Origin: Lama guanicoe
Lineage: Eukaryota
Length of the DNA stretch: 64,000 nt
NCBI GenBank assembly: GCA_013239625.1
Contig: MU055522.1
Coordinates: forward strand, 310,001 to 374,000
Direction of reading: 5' to 3'
Position numbers and translations under genes: made by a program. A model generated the notes under the pieces. The model ran no database searches, was not told the origin of the DNA, and saw only the letters and a list, made by a program, of their open reading frames with translations. Shown here piece by piece: positions 13,301 through 27,539 of this stretch. Every line of letters starts with the position of its first letter. The first letter of the stretch is position 1.

Positions 13301-14229
13301 GAAAGTTTAGCTTGAGGATAGAGTAGAAGCATTAAGCTTTCAAATAAAAATAAAGTAGGTTGTCTTTAGGAGTTCATTTACTAAGGGGTTCACGTATTCC
13401 TTTGTATGACATTTCTCAAGCAGAAATTATGTACAAACATCTTATGTATTCTATATTCCTTGGGTAGTACATTGAAAATTATTGTTCCCAGTGATCACCC
13501 TCAATAAAGGAAGAATTGTTATATATAGAGAGAACTGTTTCTTGCATAGTTTTAACATTGGATGTACGTTATTCTTTTACATTTGTTTTTATGATTGCAG
13601 TAATAAAAGAATCTAATGGAAATATTTATCGTTTACTAACTTATAATTACATATATTCATAAATATGCAAAATATCTATTTATACACCATATTAAATGAG
13701 AATAACTAATCTATATATGGGGATTATTATCTCTTTCAATTAGATCAAATATTTAATAAATTAGGGAACTAATTTTTCTAAGTCTTCTGGAGAAACCATA
13801 GCTTTGTCTAGAAGATTCATTTTGGGGTCATCAGGTAAAATTCTGGTAGATAATTTGCTCTAAAAAATATTCTCAGATCAGGCAACATTCTAATAACAAG
13901 TTGTACACAGTATTTAGCTGATGAACCATCAACTATTTTCCATTGCTTTGCATCATTTGAAAGTCAGGAGTATTTACGCATGTTTATAAGGATGCTGTCT
14001 GCATCTTGAAACTGATGCAGTGAGGCCATCATTCTAACTAGGGCTGTGTCCTAGCTTGGTAAATGGGGAGATAACTTAAACATAAGAATACATACCTGAG
14101 GTGGATAAAGAAACAAAACAGAGCAAAAAGCAGTGGCCTCCAAATCACTCTAACAAGAGTAGTTACTCAAGATAAAAGAAATAGATTCTGCCATGACTGA
14201 AGATGACCTCAAGAGGCACAGCGCATCAC

Positions 14230-14460
14230 AGGAGATCAAAGAATTGGCACTCAAACAGCCTTGTTCTGTATCAGCCAGCCGCGACCTTCATGGGCTTGGT
14301 CAAGTCATTTAATTTGTCTAAGCATACACGTCCTCATCTGAAAAATGAGGATAATAATATTTACTTTGTAGGATTATAATGTCAAGCAAGGACTCATGGA
14401 GGTCCAGTGCTCAGTACAAGGTCTAGCACATAGCAAGCACTAAACAGATGGTCGCCTGTA
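14230..14460 (+). mobile_element. MIR SINE
   Basis: ttggtcaagtcatttaat...tcctcatctgaaaaatgaggataataata...tagcacatagcaagcactaaacagatgg. Confidence 0.85.
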
Positions 14461-17049
14461 TTATAAATAAAACATTTTAAAGTATCTTGAAAGAAATTTT
14501 GAAGAGAAGACCTTTTTAAGTGGATAGGTTAGGTTTTCCCCTCTTAATCAGATTAGAGAGAACATAAAATTTACATGGTAGAAACTTTCTATATACACCT
14601 TGTTTGACATTTTACTATGTATAAACTACTACACGTAAACTGTTGGACATTGTCTCCATATTTTTATAATTCTCAGAGGTTATCTGGCTGTTCATAGTCC
14701 TGTTTCTTGTTAACAGAACCAAATATGTTGTAAAGGAAAATATTCCGTGCCCTACACAAGCCAATCGGAACGCTAAATCCTGCATATATGTATGTAAAAC
14801 ATATCTAGTGTGAATGTGCCACACTGATTAGTAGCAGGACCAGATAAAATCCAGCCAAGCTTTTCATCATATGGCTTCATCAATTTGGTACCTTGGTTAG
14901 ACTGCAGGAAAGAGCAAACCAAGACTCAGTTAGAGCCTACTCAAGCTGCCCCAAACTGCCTATTAATCTGAGATCACCTCTTCATTTTTGTGCACTTCCC
15001 ACACCTTGGAAGTAGCTTGTGAAAATCTTTCCTGATTGACAGCTATGAACTGTCAGAAAGTCTTAATGAGAATACTATCACTCAGCTGCAAAAGGACCTC
15101 GAGTAAAAGAGTGATGGAAAACACAGTCTCACATCCACTAACTAGATGGCATGTTTCATATAAAGACGGTCTTTAGCGAAAAGGACCCAAAATATTTTTA
15201 AACTAGTGAGGCATGAAGAGGTGGGCCTACTTTTCATCATGTCATGCCAATATCTGACAGACAATTTTAGTACTGATTATCATTGGAAATTCTTGCCTTT
15301 CTAAATATTCAGAGTCCACACCTACACATCGGTTTGAAAACACATCTAATTACCCAAAAGTTTCAAACAAAAATACAGTTTGTTCATATCTATAGAATAT
15401 CAGGAGGAAAAATGCATTTGATGACTGAGTTCCTAGAATAAAAAACTTAATTTTCCATTTTACTTTGAGCATCCATTTTCAAAGAGGCATTTCAGAAATT
15501 ATATATATAGGCACATTATATACATGCACATGCTATTGTCTGAATCAGTTTTCAACAATCCTATTGAGGAAAAAAAGCTGCTGGCACAGAGCCACGCTAA
15601 TATATATTTGAATGAAGCTCATAAGAAATAAGGATTTGGGTCATATTCCTGTGGGAGATCTAAAGCGAACAGTAGAATGCCAGCATACTTGTACTTGGCA
15701 GAGTGAATAAAAACGTGCATAAATTTACAACAAAACTATTTTAAGTTTGCACTGTAATATTTTCTCAGATTATTTACTTTTATTGCACTATTTATTAGAC
15801 TTACAATAGGGTTCTGTGACCAAGACGAAGTAATGGACAATGTCTGAGGGAACGGATAATGAGGATGAAGGTAACATACAGGTGCAGTCATGCAGTTGAA
15901 CCATTTATTAAGTTTATTAGCTTTTTTTATTGCACATGCCCATACAAAAGCTACATTGAAATGGGGGGAAAGTTCTGGTGCAAGCTGAAAGCAAAGAAAT
16001 GTAATGTTAAGGATGCACTCTTATTTCTGAACTGCCCCATCAGAGAGTATTTATAGACATCAAATATAGAATTTTATTCTTCCAAAATGAAAGAGGGAAA
16101 CTGGAAATTGAATGAAATTACAGTGACAAAAGATGAAGTATATATGCTAGAGCAAATTTCATTTTTGAAAATAATGTTATATGCATGTACATTTGATGTT
16201 TGGGATATATGACTAGAAATCATATTTTATGTAAGATTTTACTAAGTTAAAGTGTCAAGAAAATAGTCTAAATCAGGGCTCTGCAGTGTACTGCAAATGC
16301 CAAAATGATGGAAAAGATGATTTTGAGAGGCAGGGCCAGCGTGGCCTTAGGCAAAATACTGCAAAGAGGTAGATATCTTTGTCCCCTTCAAGCAAACCCA
16401 TTAGTACCACTTTCTTCCCTTCAAGCCACCGTCTGACCTCAACCCCAGGTCCTTATTCTGGATTCCAGGCAAGCCCTTGTAAAACTTTAGAAGTTCCTTA
16501 ACTAGTAAAGTTTTAACTTGAACCTTTCATTAGCAATAAGGTACCCAAAGGTCAAGATTTCCTCTCCTAAAAGCACCTCTCTGGTTGCCCATTGCAAATC
16601 CTGACCAGAATATTGGATCCTTTTGTTTCAGTTTGAATAAACGAAGGCTAGAAATGACATATCTAAAAGAGAATTAACTCATGGTCCAGATTCAAAATGT
16701 TCTGCATTTTATAAGATACTCCTTCAAATACTGTGGTCCTGACATAGCACGTTAGACTCATTAATTGGGTAGATGGAAATGCTGAAAGTTAGCAATGTAG
16801 TAATGTAACAAGTGGGACGTCACGCCCTTAAGGGGCACAAAGTGTACACTATTCTGAAAACAATGTTGTGCGATACACCAAGAGCCACAGACATGTTCAT
16901 TAAAAACTGACACAGGCATTTCATATTTAAGACATTATCATGCAGTATGTTGTGGAGAGAAACAAAAAAGGAAAGTTAGACAATATTCCTAAAGTGTTGA
17001 TATTAGCATTCTTTGTGATTACGGACATTGTGAACTAAAGGGAAAGTGG

Positions 17050-17210
17050 CTGCAGGTGTAGTGAGAAGCCACATCACTTGGCGGGCTGGCGGCCGTGTAA
17101 TGAACTTAGATTTTCTTTTAAAAGCAGCAGGAAACACTTGAAGGTTTTAAACAGGAGAAAGATAGGACGTTCGTTTTCCAAGCGTTTGGATGTCATACGG
17201 TGCTGGATCC
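17050..17210 (-). mobile_element. L2 fragment
   Basis: gaacttagattttcttttaaaagcagcaggaaacacttgaaggttttaaacaggaga resembles antisense L2a. Confidence 0.6.
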
Positions 17211-18084
17211 AACCGTGACACTCCTCAGTACAACTCCAGAAATGGCACAGATGCCAAAAATACAAGAGTGGACATGCAGATTACAGCACAGGAACATAAA
17301 AAGAAATTATGCAGCAAATATAAGAAAACGAAAACGCAATGTTAAATAGAAAAATATGTGCCATTAAGTGAAAAGAAGACTGACAAATGGTAAGTAAAAT
17401 ATGTGTGTATTAGGACAGCAAGCAAAGCTAAGACGTAAATTTAACCATTATATTCCATTTTCAATATTGTAATGCTCATTAATTTTGTTTCTAACTCAGA
17501 ATTTCCTGGCTGGTTCATCGGGCGAGCACGGGTGCACTAGGAAGTCGTGAGGGGGCAGGCCGCCGTGTTTCCCTACTTGCCCTCCCCTGTCACAGACCGA
17601 GCCCACCCGCCCTGCTTTCAACACTCTCTGATAAACGCACCCCTCCCTGCGCCCTGCCAGACTGAAATTATCCTTGGGCTTCTTGCCTTCATTGTATGAC
17701 CAAGTCTAAGTCATCTTTCTGAACCATAATGTCTGTAATCTTTATGATATGTTTTGTCATAGTAAATGCAGCTCTGCCCTTCCTCACGCTAAGGTAGCTT
17801 AGTAGCAGAAACGAAAAAGAAGCGTGGTTTGCCCATAATGATCTATATTTAAAGAATTCAGTCAGGTTCTTTATGAATGTAGTGACTACTCTGTATTTAA
17901 CATTTTTGAAAATAATGGAATGAGTAACCTTTTCTAATCTGTATGGATGTTTCAGTGGAAGTTAGAAAAGGTTGTAGACTTTAACCTGCATGAGACTTTG
18001 AGGACACGGTAATCCTCAGTCAAAGGACTAACTAACTACCTTAGTGCTGGACCCGTAGTGCTATGCTTATGTGATAAACCTCCA

Positions 18085-18270
18085 GAAAAGCATAGATGAG
18101 AGAAGAGGTATTGGATTCAGACCTCCTGAGGGGAGGTCCTGGCTCTGTAACACATTGGCTTTGAGACCATGGACAAGGGATGTCATCTCTCTCAGCTTTA
18201 GTCTCCTCCCTTGAAAAATGAGGGTAGTAATATCTCCTAGCTCATAAAATATTGAAGACAATTATTTGAT
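18085..18270 (+). mobile_element. MIR SINE
   Basis: tggattcagac...gtcctggctctgtaac...gagaccatggacaag...gaaaaatgagggtagtaatatc. Confidence 0.75.
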
Positions 18271-18429
18271 ATTCTACGTGCAACATAATTAGCCCATCTC
18301 CTGAAGCAGAATGGATTGGGCATTTCTCCCCGTAGTACACTTTCATTACAGCTATAACCACCGCAACCAAAGCCACCACCGCCACACAGCCAACGTTTCA
18401 ACCCCTCCCCTTCTCGGAACAGTTTACTC

Positions 18430-18640
18430 GGGAGTGTGAGAGTGCTTGCTCTGAGTCCCAACTGTGTTCGAATCCCAGCTCTGCCAACCTACCATCTGGC
18501 ACCTTGTGTGCCTTGTCCTCTGCTTGTCTATACGATTGAAAAGAGGAGCTACATTGCAGGGTCATCGGTAGGATTCAAGGGGTTGATGTTAAGTGCTTAG
18601 AACAGTGCCCGAAACAAACAGGTAAACGTTAGCTTTTACT
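18430..18640 (+). mobile_element. MIR SINE
   Basis: tgtgttcgaatcccagctctgcca (B-box) ... aagtgcttagaacagtgccc...aaacgttagcttttact. Confidence 0.8.
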
Positions 18641-19820
18641 CCTTCAAATGCCTTCTTTGCACAGGTCAAATTTCAGATTTGCAACTTCCACATGTCTGTC
18701 TTATACACACTTATACACACTATTCTCATCATGCATAAGTCCCCATCTAATGCGATTGCCAATAATCTAAAACTCTCTAAAGAACAAATAAAGGTGAAAA
18801 ATAGTATTTTTTTTCACAAAAATTCAAAGAAACATAGCAGTTCCTAAAGGCAGTGCTAAAATCTTTGACTTAAAAGTAAACCAGAAATAACATAAAATTC
18901 TTGGGAAAATTGTCCTAAGAGTTGTCAAAATGAGGTGGACATTTTTCTATCTGTATGAGACTATGTAAGTTATGTAGGGGCAAATTCAGTTCCAAATATT
19001 AGGGATTTTCAGCAGTCAAGCAATAAATAATATTTTGCAGACCTACCTATGGCTGTACGCACTGTCTAGGTAATTGGCTTGATATGATCTATGGGGTTCT
19101 CCTTTCCATCTCGGCTTTTACAGGTGTCAGCCATACCTTGGAAAGGTCTGCGTGCCACAGCTTTTGGGAAAAGTACAGATCGGTGAATTTACAGGGGGCA
19201 GTGAGGGAGCAGTTGTCTGCATGCCTGGAACCCGCCCAGCAGACTGTTGATTTAATTATACCACACAGCAGAGCCAGCATTTTAAAGCTGTGAAAGATGG
19301 AGATTTTTAACACTCTTATTATTATCATTTTTTTTACCCTGCCATTTTAATCTGCCTAAATAAATCATTTAAACCACTAGTGCCATAACTAGTATTACCA
19401 TTATTATGGTTTTCTGTGAAATTCACCATATTAGGTTTACATGAAACACTAACACAAAATGATACAGAAAGATTACAAATAAAAATTTAAAAAGACGTAC
19501 CTGGCAAATACTACCGAAAGAAAAATGGTGTATAAATGGCAGTAAAAAATGGTCTCTAGTTTTAAAATGCATTTCTAGACATAAGTGGAGTATAATTTCA
19601 CACAGAATTTTTAAAACACGTAACTTATCAGGACAATTTGGCAAACCTAAAAATATAGATACACTTAATAATACAACTTCAAAATCGGAAAAGTACAGTA
19701 GACAGAACAATGTAAATATATTGACAAATTTACCGTATATGAGGAGACAAACTTCACTCTCATGCAAAAGAAAAAAATGTGCACAGAGGACTCAAATAAC
19801 ACAATTAATTATCTTAAGAT

Positions 19821-19843
19821 TACACACGCACACACACACACAC
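19821..19843. repeat. (CA)n microsatellite
   Basis: tacacacgcacacacacacacac. Confidence 0.9.
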
Positions 19844-20169
19844 AACAGTGTATGTGTAAGAAAGATACGCACATTATATACACATAGAGATACCTATTTT
19901 TGCATTCAGTAACTGAAGACTGTGTCATTTTTTCCCACTGGAGAAATTTGTCCATTAATAGGTCACAAAAATGAGCCCTACAGCTTTCAAAGAACTGGTA
20001 TTCTACAGGCTGTGCCAATTAAGGAAAAAATCAATCAAAAACTACTTACAAAAACTTTTTTGGAAATTAAACATACACAGAAGACCTCCATGGAAGTTGA
20101 CAAGTGGAAATAGATAACCTTTAAGTTTGCTCACAGAATAGGTGTGTTTAATGGGGAACATGAAAAAGC

Positions 20170-20470
20170 AGCTATAGAATTACTTATGTACTATGCTTCT
20201 ATGTATATTACATCCAAAAAGATAACATTAAAAATATACAGTGTGATATATTGTCATAGAATACATGGTAAAACTGTAAATAAAGTCATGGAGTAAATAC
20301 CACAAAACTCTGAGGCAGCCTGAGGATGGGGAGGAGAAGGGACACACGTGTTTCAAAGTTCTCTCCAATATTCGGCGATACTCTGTTTCTTAAGCAAAGC
20401 AGCAGTAAACAGGGTTCATGGCATTGTCCTTTAAACTGCACGTGCATTATGTTAAATGCCATGAAAATGC
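20170..20470 (+). mobile_element. Ancient L1ME 3' UTR fragment (more degenerate L1M may extend back to ~19500)
   Basis: atacatggtaaaactgtaaataaagtcatggag...gatactctgtttcttaagc...acagggttcatggcattgtcctttaaactgcac. Confidence 0.6.
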
Positions 20471-23400
20471 CCTTTATGCAGGTCAAACATGGTGAACTAT
20501 TGGGCGCTTTGTGTGGCCCAATCTAATGCTTTATGTGCATTACTTTGATTAAGCAATAATGATCACGCATCAGATGATAAAGAAAAGACAGTATGTAAAA
20601 ACAGGGTACGGATACTTTCTGCAATAGCGTAGTGATCTTAGTTATAATGGCCTGGGTAAAACTGGGAGTCAGTTATTTATGGTTAAAAGGGATGCGTTAT
20701 TGATTCCACTGTGTTTTTATTTACATTTTGCATTTCCTTTGTATTTAAAAGTAAATTTAGGAGCTGCATTTAATGCAACTGGAAAAAAAAATGCTTGGTG
20801 GAAGTGTGAAAGAATCTCACGTCACGTTCAGCCATGCACAGATAATGACCTTCAGTCGTCATCATATGACGACGGCAGGTAGTTCTGATTTAAGAGCAGA
20901 CAGATCCAGACACTTTAAAATTTTATATTTGTCTTGAAGGGGCCTCGGTCCACGGGTTCCTTTTAAATCTAATGACAACAGCAAAGTTGCCTGCTAAAGT
21001 GTTCACAAAAGTGCCATCTGGTTTTAGAGTTTCCAAATTGTACCAAGGATAATTTAAAGTATTTCTGGGTGTAAAAGCCTTCTAATTAAGAAAATCATGG
21101 GTGTTGCACTAAATCTAGGTCATCTACTTGCACAAATTGACTATCTTCATAACGTCTAATGTCGTTTGCAGCATAACAGTATCTCTGCATGGGGGATGAC
21201 AAATATTCACAGAGAACTCTGGCTGCTTTTGAGAACTGTTAGGCGGAATCCTTCTTTTGTTTTTCTTTCCTTGGGGTACAGATAATGCCCATGAATTTCA
21301 ATAAGTATCTTATGTCATTGCTTTTTCTTGGTTTAAGATACTGGCTCTTACTTGAATGCAACTCCTGTTTATATTCCTACAAAAACACATGACTAATAGT
21401 CACAGTTTTGTTCCTCTTGTCCTTCTGCCAAATTCTTCACATAATTTGGCCAAACAGCCCTTTTTCTGACACCTGTTCTGGTCTCTTTCCCATTCCTTCT
21501 ATTCATGTCTCATTTATTTGTCACCCCCCCGCATTCCTGCTCACTCATCTCTCAGTTGATTTGGCACCCTTGGACTAGTCAAGAGTACATTATCCTTGCC
21601 TGAAAAAATCTCCGAAAATCCTTAGTCTGTGGATTTTAACACCTTTTCCTGAGGGCTTAATAGCCAGGTCAGAGCCACAGAATCCAAATGAATGAGCAGC
21701 TGTAGAAACGATGAGAAAATTAGTTCCTTATCTATTTTTTAAACCTTGGCAGAGTGCTTGGTAAGGAATAACCCGATTCATCAGAACTCGAAATTATGGA
21801 AAGAGGGCTGAATACAGGCAAAATGTTAGTGAGAGTGTATCAAACACGAAGAGACACAGAAACCAGAGCCCTGAGTTGGACGGCCTCTCGGACGTACAGC
21901 AGGGATGGGGCACAGCCTCTGCTGGTGGGCAGCTTGCTGATGCACTGGACCACAGTCGCTGCTACACTTCCATCTGGTCCCTTCCATCAACCGCACGTCA
22001 CATGCTCATTAAAGCATGATTGTAGAAACTGCTCACAATTAGAAGCCTTGCCCAAATAGTTGTTTGCCATGGTACAGGTTTCTCCCACCATCCAAAAAAA
22101 AAAAGAGCATCTCTACAAAGCCTTCCATAAGGCGAAATGGTGTAAAGTGAAGGAGAGATTCTCTTACAACTTACCTTCTCTTGCTAACGGATGCACACAG
22201 CACACCCAGATAAAGCCCAGATGCTCACAGACAGGTCAAAGCTCTGGCAGCCTGATGCTGAGTGTAGTTCAAGGGAAGGAGCTTGGCGGGGCCCCGCCCC
22301 CCGCTCTGGGTGTGCACTGCCTCTGTAAAGGCTGCTGCAAAACACACACTGAACATTATTTTCTTTTTTAACCTTTTTTTTTCATAAATGTGAAAAACCT
22401 CTTCAAATTTCTTTCAGCTAGCAAAAACAGATACAAATATAGGCCTTTTGTAAAAGTGAAGTGGCATAAAATGAACTTTTGAAAAGCGGGGCATACCTGC
22501 ATAGATGGTTTATTTAAGATGACTATAATTCATGAGACTCACAAACATGTACACTCTTACTCCTCCTTAACCCCAACCCCACATTCACACAATTTCTGGT
22601 TGGAAGGAAGGCGTATGTAGGGGAGATCAAGCAGATTTTTACTATCATTATAACAACAACAAAAAGAAACATTAATCTTTAAATACGTTTTAGTGAAATT
22701 CCTGCGTGTCCCGTCTCCAAAACATGACATTCTTTCGCAAAAATCTGGATCCTGTATTAGAGTTGCTTTTGGCAAAGAAGTATAAATTTTGTAATCCTAC
22801 CTTAAGCCCTGGGTGTTCTGTATCCTTAATTGAGGGAAGTTAACTTAAGCATATTTTTTTTTAACTTAGGCCAGTTGAATGTGTTTGCTGCTACTCAACC
22901 ATTAGTCTTCTAAGGATTCAATTTCGGACAGGAGTTTTATTATTGTGTGCTTATTAACACCTCTGACAACTTCATAAATAACAATTATAATTTAAAAAAA
23001 AATCCACCATCGACTACAAGAAATGACTAACTGTTGGAAATGGAAAACAAGTCTCCCTGTTTCTAACAAACAGAAGTTTCTCAGTGCCCAGTCAGAGTCA
23101 GACTCAAATCTAAGGCAAAATTTGAAATGCACATGTATTTTTATTTGAACAGTATTTTCTCTGAGCGCCATTCTTCATTAGCTGAAGCAGAAACAGCTCA
23201 TTCTCTGAATTGGTTATGTACAGCCAGTGTTTTCTGTATTCTTGTCTGTAGAATTAATTCCGTTCTCATTATCCAAAAGGTTAGAACCACAACGACAAGC
23301 GCCCTGCCCCTGATCGCTTTGGGTCCTGATGGGCTAGTGCGTTTCATTGTATTTTTGAAAAAAAAAAAGTTAAATGTTTATTGAGATATTTTAGATTGGT

Positions 23401-24019
23401 TATCATGTCGTATCCTTGTTTAAGGCTTCCCGTGTTAATAGCTATCTCTGTTTTTAAAATATGGTCTGTTTCTGAAAGCAGAATCATCATAATTATGATT
23501 AAGAAACATAGTCCAGGCAGGCAATGTGCCCTCCTTTCTCTCACGGTGGGGGTCTGGATACAATGTCCCTTGCAATAACCTGGCTGGGGACCAACAGAAA
23601 GGGCCATAGGCCAGAGGGGAATGAGAGGACCAGGACTCTCCAGGACATTCCTATCATTTCTCTCCTGAGGACACATCACCACATAGCATCACTCCTGGTC
23701 ACCGCTGAGCTGCTCACTGGTGACCAGGGACTCGTAGGACATCAGAGACTTAACAGAATGAGCCTCGTGGTTTAGACATGAGAAATGAGGGGCATTTTAC
23801 TTCTCTGATTTCTCGGGAGAATATAATGAACAGTTGTCCTTATCTTCTGAACTTTTCTTCATTCATCTTACCTCTTCATTAAATTATCAGAGGACACTAT
23901 ACCCCTTGCAGGTCTTTCTAATTCAGATCATTCTTTTTTTTTTCCCCCTATTTTCCATCGTTCAAGAGAACAGGAGCAGCATCAACATACTCGTTCGTGC
24001 GGGGGTGCATGCATTCTTG

Positions 24020-24140
24020 TGATTTATTCAATCAATTATTCATAAACATTTATTTATTACTCCTATGCTCCCAGCCTTGTGATTGATCTTAGGAATACAG
24101 TGATTAAAAAAAAATCTTCTGCTCCCCAATGGAGCAAGAA
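24020..24140 (-). mobile_element. L2 3' end
   Basis: attcaatcaattattcataaacatttatttattactcctatgctcccagccttgtg...ggaatacagtgatt. Confidence 0.7.
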
Positions 24141-25399
24141 AGACAATTACATGGCTTGGCAGAGGATAATAGAAGTAAGAGTCAAGTATCTCAGGATCTT
24201 AGGACTAGAGAGATGATGGCCATCAGTTTTCCTGGGACAATGCTTCTTGTGACGTACTGTTGCTTCCAGACAATTAGAACACTGTCTTTTCTTATAATTT
24301 ATCCTGTCTGGGAATTCCTACCATTGTTTTATTCTGATGGTATGCCCTCTTCTCCAGAATCCGATCTGAATGCTCTCGACATTTACCCACTTCCCTCAAT
24401 GACATCAGTGACTCATTAGTGACTGAGTTTGCCACTTCTCCCTGTTTCTTTCCAAAGGCTCCAATTTCAACAACAATGCTGATGAATTTCTTTTTTTTTC
24501 CTGTCACTTACTTTTAATAATTTAAAATCCAACGACCTAGATCTCAATTAATTTTGTACATTTGCTTAGGATTTGGGGTATATTTTTAAAGGGTTGCCAT
24601 AGAAGCAATAACCATGAAAGGAAAAGGATGAAAACATGGTCATGCGCAGTGTTGTGGAGGGTATGAGACAGATTTGGAGAATAAGGACTGACCTTGGATG
24701 GCAGGAGAGAAAATGCTTCCTGTAAGAATGTCAGTGACAGGAATTCCTAGAAGAAGGTAAGAGCATGGCAGAGAAGTGAAAGAATTCATACCTGGAGCCT
24801 CCACCTTCCCAGAGAAAGTAGAGGTTATAGGGGATGGAAAAGAGAACCAGTGACTCAATCTTTCCCTTATCTTCCAACCTCTTCATTTCTATTTGATTCC
24901 ATGGCCTCCTTCTCTGGCCGGAGAGCTATGTTCAGTCATGTAATGTGTCCTCCCTCGGTGACTATCCTCATTAACAGTTTCTTCTCCATTGGCTGAACTC
25001 TTGTGCCTGAATAGGAAGCAAAAAATTTGCTGATTTTGTCCACCACGGTTATCGCTTAACTAGGAGTGAGTAAGGACTTGCACAAGTGAGCAAGCGTGGT
25101 CCATCCATGGCTGCATGCTGTTTCTCTTGCTCATTTAATTTCCCACAGTGTTAATTAAGCAAGAAATGCAATGGCTTCAGAAAAGCCTCCGAAACTTGAA
25201 GCCCCATAACTGGCTTCCATATCCCTAGCTTGATACTCACACTTTACAATAATACATTTTTGAATCTGTCCGTCACAACTCCTTCTGAATGAAATTATTG
25301 TTCTTAAAGCTCCTGTAGAGAGTGGAGCCTGGGCACTCATAATTTGCACCGTGTCACCCTACCCAACTTGGCTAGCATTGACTATCTCAGAAAAAATGG

Positions 25400-25555
25400 A
25401 ATGGTAGTGTAATAAAATATATAGCATTGTGTTTGGAGAACCTGGGTCCAAGTTTCATCTCTTAAGCTTTTTTTTTTTTTGAGATTGAGATAAAAAAATA
25501 AATAAATTTTCTGAGCCTGAATTTCTGACTCTATCGAATGGGTGTGATGACAGGG
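25400..25555 (+). mobile_element. MIR SINE with internal poly-T
   Basis: gaacctgggtccaagtttcatctc...ttttctgagcctgaatttctgactctatcgaatggg. Confidence 0.65.
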
Positions 25556-25799
25556 ATAACGATGCCCCGGCTAAATAACACGCCCTGACAACAGAACGTG
25601 GGCTGTGAATGAAGCTGAGGTTCTAAATTTGCCAATCCAATCAGATTCTCTTAGGGATACAAACAGGAAAATATTAATCAAGGAAGAGAGTTTGCAGCAA
25701 GTTAAATTTGAAAGGCACGTAAATAGAATAAACAGAGAGAAGTAAGAAAGAAGCACAAGCTATAAGTAAGCAAAGTATAAGGTATATGCAAACTGAAAG

Positions 25800-26030
25800 A
25801 CAACGTTAAATGAAGGAGTGACACGGTAATAAGCAGATCCAAGAGAGAAACCAGATATTCTGAGCTCCTCAGAATTGCTCCGCCTTCTGTCCCAGTGCTC
25901 CTGAAGCTTAGCTGATGATCTGTTTGTAGAGACCTGTGACCCTATGAGATCCATTTCCCTATTCTTAAAGTAAGCATTCTATGATCTAGGGTTACTTGAG
26001 TGAGTTCCTTGTTAGTAAAATAACTGATAT
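25800..26030 (+). mobile_element. Old MaLR LTR 3' fragment (MLT1M/N-like)
   Basis: gggttacttgagtgagttccttgttagtaaaataactgatat resembles old MLT1 3' ends. Confidence 0.35.
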
Positions 26031-27539
26031 AAAATGTTAGTCTTATCTGAAAATATTTATCTTGTTATACTTCAAGTTGTGCTGTTTAAGGTTCCCCCAA
26101 ATTCATCTCAAAGACTGCACAGGTAATTGGAAATACTGAGCATGGAACACAGTGATGCCTCACAGGCACCATAATTTCCTTTGGGAGCACTCCATGCAGG
26201 TGATGGCACCCGGGAAATAGGATGGGTGCCGAGGAGAGAAAGCCTGGCCAGAAATGTTAGTGCAAGCCAACTCTCCTGGGGCATCAAAAGCCAGTGTGAA
26301 AAGTCTGCAGGGGGCTGAAGTATACAGATAATTTTCAGCATGACATGGCACGTGGACCACTCATTCTATTGTTTGACAAATAAACTGCTCCACTGAGAGC
26401 CTAGTGAAAAATCCTGAACAAAATGTGGTTGGTAGAGTTCATCTTTTGAGTCAAACCCTGTGATGTAGGTCTTAATATAGATACCTGCCTTTGATCCGGT
26501 AAGGTATTGCAAGGTGGATATTCGGGGCGATTATCCAAAACATGGATGTTTATTTAGGTCAATTAGGACCAAAATCGGGAATTGTCCTAAGGCTTAGAGC
26601 AGTTTTGGACAGGTAGACAAGGAGAAATATATCCATTATAAGTCACTCAGTGTGTGATAAGTATAATCTTAGGGGTCAGTTAAAATGCAATGGAACAAAA
26701 AGAAAGCTTATTGGAAAAAATTCTGTGGAGATCGGGGGCATAGGATGTTGAAGTAGGAATCATTCAGCTCTTAGACAGCAAATAAAAACGCACAAGGATT
26801 TGCAATTGTCAAGGAAGACTCTAAATTGGCATGAAGAAAGGGACTAATGAAGAATGCTATCATTCAAGAAATGGGAAGAGGAAGGGCACATAAACCAGCA
26901 GCCATAAAGGAATAAAAAAAGGAAAGGATGAGGAAAAAACAAGATTTAAGAAGGAAGAAGAATTCAGAAGTATGAGAAGTCAAGTATGAGTATTAGCAAA
27001 ATTTGTATTGAAAGTATTTGCACAGAAGTTATGATAATCTCAAAAAAAAAGTGGCTTTAGTGGGAATGGCACAACAAGAATCCTAAAAAGGTTAGTGGAT
27101 TGAGTAATACGTGGACGGTATGGAAACACACATTGTTAGTGTAGACAGCACTGGAAGATATTTGGTGAAACAGAGCAGGAAATGGGTTAGACAGGAGGAG
27201 GAGGACTATCCAGGTCATAAAAGGGATTTCTTCCTTTTTTTTTTTTTTTAAAGAGAAGAAACATGATTTCTTATGTGGATGGGCTGATAATGTCAGAGAC
27301 AACAACTTCAAGGATGTGGAATCAATGCATGAAGAGATCCATTGTAGAGAAGAGACCACCAAGAAGACAGCGAGGAGTCAGATCTGGAACACAGATGGGG
27401 AGCTGGCTTCGGAAAGGAAGAAGCTCTCATTTTTCATCCTTCCTATCACAGGAAGGAAAGAGAAAAGTGCCATATGGATGCAGGTAGAGCTTTTTTAAAT
27501 AAAAGGAATGAGAAACTCTGTTTTCTTTGAAAAGAAGCA

